From Nemertoderma westbladi (Eukaryota > Animalia > Xenacoelomorpha), in the NCBI GenBank assembly GCA_032718475.1, contig JAUCBJ010006018.1, forward strand, positions 1 to 32,628: DNA of 32,628 bases, given 5' to 3'. Below are positions 11,265 through 21,714 of the stretch, piece by piece. A program made the translations under genes and the position numbers. Within the stretch, counting starts at the first letter, position 1. Each line of letters starts with the position of its first letter. The notes under the pieces were generated by a model. The model was not told the DNA's origin, searched no databases, and saw nothing but the letters and a program-made list of their open reading frames with translations.

Positions 11265-12495
11265 CTCATTCCAAACCCGGTATATCGCGGACTCCATCAT
11301 CTGTCGCGCTCCGTCATCCATCGTCGAGCCGGAGTAGATCGGGACGACCCCGGCCGTCGCGGACATCGACTCGTCCAGTTCGTCCACGTCGACGCCCCAT
11401 CGTTCCAGATTGGCGCGCTGGGCCGCCAACCGAGCGCGTTCGGCGTCCACCGCCCGGAGCGCGGAGTCGAGATGCCCGGTGGATTGGAGGATCTCCTCGA
11501 GGTGGACCTCGTGAATCGGGAAGGATTGCCGACGCAATTCGACCACGGACACGGAGAAACCCGAGAAGTAGGACTTAAACAGGTCGATAGCGAGATTCGC
11601 AGACATGAGAACGAGTTTCAGGTTGGGGAGTCGGTGTAGCAGATCACGGAGGGAGACGAGGAGGAAGTCCGAGAAGCGATGACGTTCGTGGACTTCGTCG
11701 ATAATAATGTGGGTCGCGGTGACGAGCGGTTCGGTGCCGGCAATCAGCGTCCGCAGTAGGACCCCGTAGGTGCAGAACGTCAACAAGGTTTTGGGGCACA
11801 AACAGCTGGACAAGCAGATCATATAGCCGACCGTCTGCCCGATCTGTTCCCCGCGTTCCGCAGCCACGCGTTCCGCTATCGACATGGCGGACAGCCGTCG
11901 CGGCTGGGCGCTGAACACGCGACAGCGGGCCCCGCTGCGGTTGGCGCAGTCCAGCAGGTACTGCGGCACCTGGGTGGACTTCCCGCAGCCGGTATCCCCG
12001 GCGACCAGCGTGACGCGGTTCTCCCCGATCTCGCGCATTAGAATTTCGGCCATCGGCGCGCTCGCAAGTTTCGCGCGTGAGCCGTCCGTCTCCGGGTTTG
12101 CGCCCCGGGGCGGGGGCACCTGGGCGATCCCGTTGCTGAGGGACCCCGTCTGTCGCAGGGAGTCCCGGTTGAATGACGCCACTTCCGGTCCCTCGTGGAA
12201 GCGACTTCCGTCGGCCCCCGAGCGCGGTTGCAGTTCCGTGATCTCGCGAGCGGTCACCGCATACTGCTGCAGTAATGCTTGCACTTGGCCCCTCGAGGCC
12301 CGTTGTAACATTAGCACCGCGGCGCTCAGGTAACTGCAGTCGTTCTTGCGAACGGTTATGTGTCTGGAGAATCCACGGCCTTTACTTTTACTCTTTAACC
12401 CGAAGTTTTGGCAGAGTTTGTGGATGTAGGCCCGTTCCGTGGAGGTTAATGAACTAGGGAAGTCCAGTTCGGGAGAGTCACCAGCACAACGAAAT
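11265..12495 (-). CDS. YTHDC2: YTHDC2 internal coding exon: R3H domain and DEAH-box helicase ATP-binding domain
   Basis: R3H (FPSSLTSTERAYIHKLCQNFGLKSKSKG), Walker A GDTGCGKST, QPRRLSA and DEVHER. A T-rich TAG acceptor lies at 12496-12498 (phase 2). The first ~24 aa of the computed ORF are intronic. Confidence 0.93.
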
Positions 12496-13159
12496 CTAAT
12501 AATTAAAAAATAATAAATGAGGATTTTAGATTTATGTATAAATAGCCTACGTAGACTGACTCTCACATCGACAGGTATCAGGCGAGTTTAACATATTTTG
12601 AACGATGATAATATAAAAATAAATTTTGTCTGAGTTGGTATTGGTATTATTTATAAGTGTCATAAGAAATACATATGAAATGCATTTCTTTTGAATTGCA
12701 TTAACATTAGAAATGTTAATTTATAATAATATTATTTAATTCATTGTCAACAAAGCAAGTTAAGTAAAAATCCTAGACATCAGACATCAGACGTACTACA
12801 GTATACGTGCATAGTACACTACACAGTGACTGCAGCTAAGCCTAAGAGGAAGCGAAAGACTGAAAGATACTCTCCTTAATGCAGGAAAATCGTGGCATAG
12901 TAAATTAGCAAAGTAAAGTTGTTAAGTAAAGTACCGGTAGCAAAGTAAATTTGTATGCTAAGGCACATATTATTGATAGCAACAATGTGTTGGCAAGCTG
13001 TGTTTTTCGAGGTGTTTGCAGGTTTGGTATTACACATTTATAGGAAGGGATCTAAGGGTCTTAACTTCGAATGATAAGTTTATTGTACTAATTTTTATTG
13101 AAATTAATATCTCATATCTCTCCAATCCACGTACGCGTTATCCTCCATATCTCAAGAAC

Positions 13160-13215
13160 CTGTGGCCTAGTGGTTTTCTCGGCTTCCACCTCGAGGTCCC
13201 AGGTTCGAATCCGAC
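13160..13215 (+). promoter_or_regulatory. tRNA-derived internal RNA polymerase III promoter (SINE-like head)
   Basis: A box TGGCCTAGTGG at 13163-13173 and B box GGTTCGAATCC at 13202-13212, with tRNA-like spacing and a residual anticodon-like arm (CTCG...CGAG). No acceptor stem. Confidence 0.8.
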
Positions 13216-13258
13216 ACCACGCTGAAGAGACCCAGTAAGGTCGAAACGCGTACGTGGT
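13216..13258 (+). ncRNA. Minimal type I hammerhead ribozyme
   Basis: Stem I ACCACG (13216-21) / CGUGGU (13253-58). Core CUGAAGA (13222-28). Stem II GACC-caguaa-GGUC (13229-42). GAAA (13243-46). Palindromic mini stem III ACGCGU. Predicted cleavage after GUA at 13252. Confidence 0.88.
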
Positions 13259-14191
13259 TTGGAGAGATATGAGATATTAATTTCAATAAAAATTACGCGA
13301 TTCCTATATTTGTACACTACCAACCCGGTTAAAAGGTACGCATGTGATGGGATTAGTCCTACAATTGCGCCAATAAAAGATAAGTTATTTTCGGTAAAAT
13401 AAACTTATCATTCGAGGTTAAGACCCCTAGGAAGGAGCCTTTCTATAAATGGCATTGCTAACCCGAAACCCCACGCCCACCCCTCAGTCCTAAAAACTAA
13501 ACATGATGATGCCTCGAGAATTGAACCTGCGTATCAGACAACAAAGTACCGGTACCCGTTTCTTTACTAGCCTCGTTGCGCTTGTCCTGTTTTTTTATTT
13601 ATGGATGGCCTTGCCGTTGCCATGCATACTTATACTACACAGATCAGCAGATAGATACATCTGTGATCTGTACATACATACAGCAACGTTTATTACTGTA
13701 TTAACGAGACGTAAAGAAAAATAATTAAAAATAGGCCTATTTTTTCTCTCAAAAATTTGTTATTCTTTTAATCCCGTTTATTATTCCAGGAAACATCGCG
13801 AAAATTGGAAAAAACAGAGTATTTTCTGTGGAAGACTGGTAAATTTACTATTTGGGGAAAATAATCAGTATTTCTGTGGGAATGGGATAGCCTACGGGCT
13901 ACGGGTGAATTTGAAAAGAAAAATCTTTCAAAGAATGGCGCCTCTGGTCTGCTGGTGTGAATGTGAAATCCCCCAGTAAGCCAGTTCAAATTTGCACAAG
14001 TAGCCTGGTAGCCTACCATACCTGCATTATGCAGGCTGCATACCAGGCATACTGTACAGCTGATAGTTGGTAAAAGGGCAAGCTGGCAAGTGCCAATACC
14101 TGAATACTGAAATACCTAAACTGCTACCATAACCCCAAGCCCAACCATGTAATCAGTCTAGTCTGCTGAGTCTGCCTAACCGTTATGCAGG

Positions 14192-14904
14192 CCAGGCTGC
14201 AAATGGAGTGCAAAAATCGCAACGCGTTGTGCGCGGTTTTGATATAGTGTGCGGTAAAAGTGCGCGGAATTGAAATAAAATTGCGCGGAATTGTGTGAAA
14301 AACACCAAAAGTGCGCGGTAATCTGTGCAAAATAATAAAAGTCAAGTATGCGGATGGGGTGTAAAAAAAGTTATAAAGTGTGTGCAAAACTGCAATTTAA
14401 TGAGAAAAATAATTAGCCATAAAAAATTTCACTCGCGTTTCTTTTCCATTTTGCATTGTTAGGCCTAAAATAAAAAAATGTCGCTGTTTTTTTCATTTTA
14501 AACCTACTGACCTACATGCTACATATAAAAATTTATTAGAAAATTCATTAGGCCTAATACAATTTTCATTTTACATTTTTAAAATGAAAAATTTCGCTCA
14601 CGTTTTTTTTTTCATTTTGCATTGCTTAAATTTATTTTTTTATTTCTTTAGGCCTACGTTAATAAATAGTACGTAGTACCGGTACTTTTTTTGATTTATT
14701 TAATATTTACTTATTCGTACTGTCGTACAGTCGTACTGTCGTATGTTTGTGTGAATTGAATTGTTTTTCAGCTTGGTGTGGGCGTTTTTCAGTCCATGCG
14801 CGGTATATTGTCAGATAGGCCTATTGCGCTGCTGAAAAATTGTGTGCAGGCGTTGTGTGTTGTGCGAGGTTCAGTGGCAGAGTGGTGGTTTGCTTGCAGC
14901 CTGG
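14192..14904. mobile_element. Non-autonomous DNA transposon (hAT-like MITE), 713 bp
   Basis: TIR CCAGGCTGCAA...TTGCAGCCTGG. Flanks TATGCAGG and TATGCAGT (8-bp TSD, 1 mismatch). Subterminal TGCGCGG repeats. Confidence 0.75.
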
Positions 14905-15585
14905 TATGCAGTTAGGCTGTTAGGCCCCTAACACCTAACTGCCTAATTGAGATATCACATTTCATTTGAGGCTCAGTGGTAAGACATTTTTTGGTCGATT
15001 CCCCTACTGCCCTAGTGAACCCCTAACATGCCTAATTCAGTACCGTAATTGCTGAATTGCTAAGCTAAGCATTACACTGTTACAGCATTAACTCTTTACT
15101 GCTTTAACTCCAGAACTCACCTATCAAGAGCTATTTGAACTGCTTTCTTTAGTTGCTCACTTATCATTATTTCCCTTCTATCCATAGATTTGTTGATGAG
15201 CGAATCATTCCCACCAATGGAAACCTCTGTTACAACTGGCATTGTCAGATTCTATCTGTCTTTACTGCAGAATGCAGAAATTTAGGCCTATCGAAGCGAT
15301 GTTCGTTGGGATATAGCCTAAATACTGAAATACAGAAATAGTTGTACTTGTGGCTGTAGGCCTATTCAGGTATTATCTGATTATTATCCTGTCTGCTGTC
15401 TGCCTGTTATCTGCCCAATCTACCAAGTGCCAGAGTGCCAATGCACAGATGCAGCAACAGACTGACTGAGCAATGAGCCACTCAGACACAGTGACACAGA
15501 CAGTACAGTCGTCTGGCAGTACCAGTACCGGTAGGCCTACTGCAGTAATTTCAAATCTAGTCCAGTACAGCAGTATGCAGTCAGG

Positions 15586-17322
15586 CCAGGCCAGGTTGGA
15601 ATTCATGCATGAGCGCGCAGGTACGCTATGTTGTTTTGAAATCACCGCGCACCTGAAATTGGCTCGTCGCGCACCTCATCATATGTCATAATCCAAACAA
15701 AATCGCGCAGCTCATGTCATGCATATCTCAAAAAATCGCACAGTTCATAAGAACAATTTTACATTCCTATTTTACAAGTTTGAGCGTTTTAAGCTTATCT
15801 TTACGTCTGTCTGTCTGTCTGTACGTTGAATCTAGGCTTACATAATAAATGTAATTTTTGCAACATCAAAATTGTTAATATTAAAAAATATTTTTTTAAT
15901 CCACTACTATCAGACTATGGTGGCCCATCAGGCTCACTGCTTTTATAACAGAAAATATTATTTTAGATTACAAACAAAACATGTACCGGTAATTTCAAAA
16001 AAACGAATATTGAAATAGGTACCAATCTGCCACTGCCAATAATACTTTGTATAGGCCTACCTAACAATTAGGCTTAAACATACAGTTGGCTTATAATTAA
16101 GTCATACTTATAATACATTGTTACTTTCTGACTTTACCTGTTTACTAACGTAACATCGGCATAGCATAGACCTAATAACAATACAACAATAGAGTACTGT
16201 AGTTAAAATAAATAGACAAATTCAGCTCCGGTTGCCGGTATTAGAGTATTATGGTGAAGTGATTTGACTGTTTGAAGAATTGGAAATGAGAAACTAATGC
16301 GAGCGCAGCGAGCGAAATTTTTTTGTGTATTTTCGTGATTTCAATTAATTTGTGGTGCGCATCAGAGGCAGAGCTGCGCGCTGAGGCGCAACGCGCACCT
16401 CTCTCACCCGAACGCGCACCTGTCTCACCCAAACGCGCAACGCGCATCTGGTTTGCGGTCATTCGCGCAGGTACGCGTCCGAGTTTTGCACCATGAATTC
16501 CAACCTGGAGGCCAGGTTCGGGTGTGAGACAGGTGCGCGTTGCGCCTCAGCGCGCAGCTCTGCCTCTGATGCGCACCACAAATTAATTGAAATCACGAAA
16601 ATACACAAAAAAATTTCGCTCGCTGCGCTCGCATTAGTTTCTCATTTCCAATTCTTCAAACAGTCAAATCACTTCACCATAATACTGTAATACCGGCAAC
16701 CGGAGCTGAATTTGTCTATTTATTTTAACTACAGTACTCTATTGTTCTATTGTTATTAGGTCTATGCTATGCCGATGTTACGTTAGTAAACAGGTAAAGT
16801 CAGAAAGTAACAATGTATTATAAGTATGACTTAATTATAAGCCAACTGTATGTTTAAGCCTAATTGTTAGGTAGGCCTATACAAAGTATTATTGGCAGAC
16901 TGGTACCTATTTCAATATTCGTTTTTTTGAAATTACCGGTACATGTTTTGTTTGTAATCTAAAATAATATTTTCTGTTATAAAAGCAGTGAGCCCGATGG
17001 GCCACCATAGTAGTGGATTAAAAAAATATTTTTTAATATTAACAATTTTGATGTTGCAAAAATTACATTTATTATGTAAGCCTAGATTCAACGTACAGAC
17101 AGACAGACGTAAAGATAAGCTTAAAACGCTCAAACTTGTAAAATAGGAATGTAAAATTGTTCTTATGAACTGTGCGATTTTTTGAGATATGCATGACATG
17201 AGCTGCGCGATTTTGTTTGGATTATGACATATGATGAGGTGCGCGACGAGCCAATTTCAGGTGCGCGGTGATTTCAAAACAACAAAGCGTACCTGCGCGC
17301 TCATGCATGAATTCCAACCTGG
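15586..17322. mobile_element. Outer copy of a CCAGGTTGGAATTCATG-TIR MITE, interrupted 5 bp from its left end by an inverted sister copy
   Basis: TSD CAGTCAGG at 15578-15585 and 17323-17330. Right TIR CATGAATTCCAACCTGG ends at 17322. Body 16517-17322 is the reverse complement of ~15591-16410. Confidence 0.8.
15591..16508. mobile_element. Complete 918-bp non-autonomous DNA transposon (hAT-like MITE)
   Basis: 17-bp perfect TIRs CCAGGTTGGAATTCATG / CATGAATTCCAACCTGG. Perfect 8-bp TSD AGGCCAGG at 15583-15590 and 16509-16516. No coding capacity. Confidence 0.88.
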
Positions 17323-18196
17323 CAGTCAGGCAGTAGTCAGCTAGTTAAGCATGCCTATCAGCAGATCAGCCTATACCAGTCTGCCAGTACAGCAGTTGCA
17401 CTGTTGCAGTAGGCCTACTGCAGATTCTGCAGTACTTATTGTATAATGTTATATCATGCTGTCATGATGACTGACCACCGACACCGACAGTCGACCGACC
17501 AGCCAGCCTGCAGCCAGCTGCCTGACCAGCTGACTGAAACTGAAAGAGATACCGGTACCATACAGCCATACTGCCACAGTCTGACAGTTGACAGTAACAA
17601 GTTCCAAGTGCAGCAGCTGCTCGCTCAGCAGCTCAGCACAGACACAACACTGCAAGATGTTAGGCCTACACCAGTCAGCCTACACACTACTGTGTAGGCT
17701 CAAGCAGTAATCAGGTAATCAGGTAATCCTGTAATCTGTTACTGCCTTGCCTTGACATGACTCTGGCAGTCTGGTGTATGGTGGCCATAGCCTACTATAT
17801 TACAGGCCGTGCCAACGTGCAGGTACGATTCTGACTTGGCGGCCGACCTGTAATAACCTACCTATACTATTAGTGGTGGTGTCATCATCACAAAACCTGA
17901 TAACTATGCACTAAATACTTTTTCCGTAGGATGCATGCATACGTTATGAAACTTTAATTAAACTTTATGTCATTGATTACAGTTTGTCTGTTAATCTGCT
18001 GGATTATAAATTAATTGAAATTGGTCTTATTTAAAAATCACATCCATTGCTTCCCTAGAATAAAAATTTATTATAAATTTTCATTGTTATGCAGCACTTG
18101 AAATTTAGGGTGATAACTTTACACTTATGGTATTACTTTATACTTAGCCTGATAACTTCACACTTAACGTAATTAACTTTACTGTATGGCAATAAA

Positions 18197-18310
18197 TAAA
18201 ACATATCATTAGCACAACTTGATTGCTTTAATTGAAAAACATATCATTAGCACAACTTGATTGCTTTAATTGAAAAACATATCATTAGCACAACTTGATT
18301 GCTTTAATTG
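18197..18310. repeat. Three tandem 38-bp repeats at the transposase 3' end
   Basis: AAAAACATATCATTAGCACAACTTGATTGCTTTAATTG x3, near-perfect. Confidence 0.95.
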
Positions 18311-19871
18311 ATGTTTCATTAGAGCTTGTAGGGGTGACTAATACACTGTAATTATTAAGAAATATGTTGCACAGTCTGGTACAGCACACCTTTAGCACGA
18401 CTTGGGCGAAATAACTATCCGCAATTATTTCAAAAATATTGGTTGAACTAAAACGACATAGTCTGTGCTTGTAAACTAATAAACATGATGTAAGCAAAGA
18501 ATGTAAACTGGACAAAGGTATCGGATGGTGTAACCAATTTCCCTCGATTTAGTTCACCAAGAAAGCCGCCAAACTGCATTGCATAAAAGTATGTGTCATC
18601 GTCATCATCGTTGGGAATATAACGCTGTATATAACCAGCAACATATAGCAAAGCAGACTTTGTGTCGAAGGCCAACTCGTCAACCTCAAGGGCTGACAAG
18701 GAATCGAATACTGCAGCGTCCTCTTCGGTTAGCATGAAAGCACAGTTATCACATTTATGAGCTCCGCTAGTTGATTGAAAATCTAGAAAATCTTGATCCA
18801 ATGCAGTTCTTAATTTGGTCTTTTGTATAGAGTAATATTGCATTGCCTGGACTGCAGATATGAAATACATAAGTACCGCCTGCTGACTGTCGGATCCGTC
18901 CAAACGCCTTTTCCAGGGGATCGGTGGTAAACTGACCACTGTACATTGTTGAGACAATGGCGCCACGAAATGTATGAGAGATGGCCTTAGCAGTATCAAT
19001 AGTAAAAGTATGACAGCAAAGGTTGCCATTTTTGCAATCCATTGAGTCGATTTGGTTAGCCAGCATCAGTAACTGGGAGAGTCGTGGGTCATTTGAGTCT
19101 GTAAATGGTTGGCGCAGTGAGTCGTTTAAGTGCTGGTCCTCACTGCGATTGCAAATGTTAAGTATATTAAATGCGCAAACGAACTTCTCAATGAAAGTTG
19201 CGGTTTCTTTATCATTATCAGTGGGATCAACGTGAGTACGAAGAGCAACAACAGTTTCATCACAAAACACACGGAGCATAGCAGAAACATCCTGTCTTTC
19301 AATAGAATTTGCGATGTCTTTATCTTCATCATAAATTTTGGCGACGAACCGAACGATTGCAATATAGTCGTCATATTGTTCCCATTGCATCCATCAGCAT
19401 CATTGTACTCATAGACGATAAGATTTTCGAAACAGTTAAATTTATCGGCAGCTGTTGAGTGAATTAATCCATAAGTCACAATATCCCCTTGCAGAAACTG
19501 GGGTAACTCGTCCGGCTCCGGCTGTAATGATCGCATAGATGCAACGAGTTTACGGTTGCGGGGACGGTTGTTAGCGTGGGTGGGCGTGGGCGTACAACTT
19601 GGAGCGATGTTTGGCCACACAAACGGTGGATCTGCTGGAATCATTTTAATTGAGCGATAAGCACGGCGCTTTTCATAGTTTTCAGGCCAGTGGAGTTCAC
19701 AAACAACGGTTTGTTTAGTCACATGCAAATTAGCACGCACTTTTGATAATACGGAAATCCATGACGATCTATAGGCTGATAGGGCTCCTCCCCTGGAATA
19801 CGGAAAACGCTGCATGGTGTGGCGTTTTTATAGTTTGACCGACATTCTGGCACGCAGAACTTCCGAGGCAT
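18285..19871 (-). pseudogene. Frameshifted, internally deleted THAP-domain P-element (THAP9-like) transposase
   Basis: ATG at 19871 gives MPRKFCVPECRSNY, then after a frameshift RFP...W...VCELHW (C2CH THAP). Later FTTDPLEKAFGRIRQSAGG (P-transposase QDxLExxFGxxR motif), LLYVAGYI and GKLVTPS are spread over several frames. Confidence 0.88.
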
Positions 19872-21714
19872 ATCGATATCCAAGCACCCAAGCACCAAGT
19901 AGGCCTAATACCGGTAGACTTAGGCCTATAGTATTAATTCTAATTGGTAGTTTTAATTAGTTCTAAATTTTAGCGCCGGCCAGCCGGCGCAGCACATCTT
20001 TGCGATGGCTTCCGCTTCCGACACCGGTCGTAATACTGCATCGAAGAATTTCGGCGCAAAGGCACAAGTAGCCTAAAACTTATCTAAAACTTCTCAAAAG
20101 GGAGTACCAGTACAGTACATGATACAAGTAAGACACGGAACACACCTCCTGCACCTAGGTCTGTAGGTAGTGTAGGCTCGATTGCTGAATTCAGGTATTG
20201 CTGTCTGGCTGTAGGCCTACTGGCTGATTGCGGAGTCTGGTTCCAAGCCCAACTCGGCCGCCAAGTCAGAATTGTATCTGCACGTTGGCAAGGCCTGTAA
20301 TATAGTAGGCTATGATGGTGGCCCATTAGAGCACTACATTTTAGAAGCCATTCCATTGGAATATTGATCCGTGAATTAACCAATCAGCTCACTCACTCAA
20401 TCAACTGTTTTCATACAGGAATATTTGATATTTCCAAAGACTCAAGTGCCAATTATTAAGACCTGCATAATAATATTGTAACATGTGTTAACTTTCGTTT
20501 ATTGTTTTGGTTCCCTCAACACGCCTCTGTAACCTGCTCCTTTGCTCCCTGGATAGTAATAAAGTCTGAGGTACCCCCCAGAGACAGGCAGAATATAATC
20601 ACGAATTAGACAAAATGAGGAAGTTGTATTTTAACGTACTTTCACACCAACAAGTTGAAGCAACATTTTTATTTTTGAAAAAAAAAAAAATTCAGATACC
20701 CTCTAGCGGCGACCACTGGAACTTTCTGGTTTTTTGAAAAAAAAAACGTATCTACTCCTTAGCATCGACTTAAAATTGTTCGAAACCAACATATTCGGAT
20801 TCAGAGCATCAAATTTCATAAATGTTATGCTTTTTATGTACAAAAGTTAGTTTTTTTTAATTTTATTCAACTTTTTGAAAATTTTGAGGTCAATGACCTC
20901 AAAAGAAGTAATTTTTCAAAAATATTGTGGAAATAAACGGTCAATAGATATTTCAGTTTACTCAAAAAGCTTAACTTTGGTGGGTAATACGGAAGTCATC
21001 AAAATGAGGAGTAGTGTCTACATCATTGTCCAGAATAGGGTGTTTCCCTTCAATTCTATGGGGCTTTCTATTATTCCTACCTGTCCCAAATACGTTGTGT
21101 AATGATTTCCAAACTGCCCAATATAGGGGCATCCAATCAAATCATCATATGAGCCAACTCCTCGTCATCGGACCAATACCAACATTCCTAAAGTTAGGCA
21201 TCTCCCTTATTGGCTATATAATGTAAAGGTTAATGGAAAATTCCACTGATATATAATCCAAGTGTCAGCTACGAATCCGGGGCTCATTATAACAACCTGT
21301 ACTGGTCAGAGCAACGTATTTTGGACAAGAGCTGGTTGAGGTATATGTACAGTGGAAATTCCCATTCTAATTAAGAGCATTTGGAATACTTGTTCCCTAG
21401 TTATGGTTAAAGATATACTGTGGGTGCCTTGCAAATGGCCTGTAAGACTGTGTGCATTATAGGCTATAGTGTCATCATAGTCACGTTATTTCATTTCATG
21501 TTGTGCAATTTATTCATATTGTGCAATTTATTCATGTTGTGCAATTTTTTCATTGTACAATTTATTCATGTGGTGCAATTTATTCACTTATAATAAATCT
21601 AAATACATTCGTATAATAATAATTAAATGACAATCAAATTAGTGATATCCCAACCTCCTCCCCCAAGACTCAACTTCATCCCAAAGAGTCCGTAATAAGT
21701 CTTAAATTTGACTC

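Larger units (their letters stand above)
13021..13470 (+). mobile_element. Non-autonomous tRNA-headed, hammerhead-bearing retroelement with an inverted copy of its own 3' portion upstream (outer limits approximate)
   Basis: Inner inverted repeat 13089-13139 vs 13245-13295 (51 bp, 1 mismatch). Outer inverted repeat 13052-13084 vs 13398-13430 (2 mismatches), with weaker similarity beyond. The arms enclose the A/B boxes and the hammerhead. Confidence 0.65.
17786..20314 (-). mobile_element. P-element superfamily DNA transposon (2529 bp, defective)
   Basis: 61-bp TIRs starting CATAGCCTAC (17786-17846 and 20254-20314, 3 mismatches). Perfect 8-bp TSD ATGGTGGC (17778-85, 20315-22). Carries a THAP-transposase relic. 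Confidence 0.92.

Noticed and set aside
11580-11620. Helicase motif III reads SAN instead of SAT, suggesting a dead helicase
   Set aside because: YTHDC2 orthologues are, as I recall, already non-canonical here, and Walker A, DEVH and motif VI are intact.
7254-12457. Many overlapping and antisense ORFs (e.g. 8270-8995, 9401-10261, 9090-9854, 11884-12333)
   Set aside because: Shadow ORFs of the GC-rich YTHDC2 coding sequence, with no recognisable domains.
13155-13225. Functional tRNA gene
   Set aside because: A and B boxes are present, but there is no acceptor stem, the D and anticodon arms are degenerate, and the 3' side runs into the hammerhead.
13127-13258. Alternative type III hammerhead using the upstream arm and UUA at 13138-13140
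   Set aside because: The sequence after UUA (UCCUCC) cannot pair with ACCACG to form stem I.
13501-13620. ATGATGA as the C box of a C/D snoRNA
   Set aside because: No CTGA D box at a suitable distance and no terminal stem.
15917-15929. TATGGTGGCCCAT is shared with the reconstructed empty P-element target site
   Set aside because: A single 13-bp match with no extended homology, which cannot be distinguished from chance.
16241-16690. Twin ORFs with identical C-termini on opposite strands (also 13016/13138 and 21014/25438)
   Set aside because: Products of inverted repeats, not genes.
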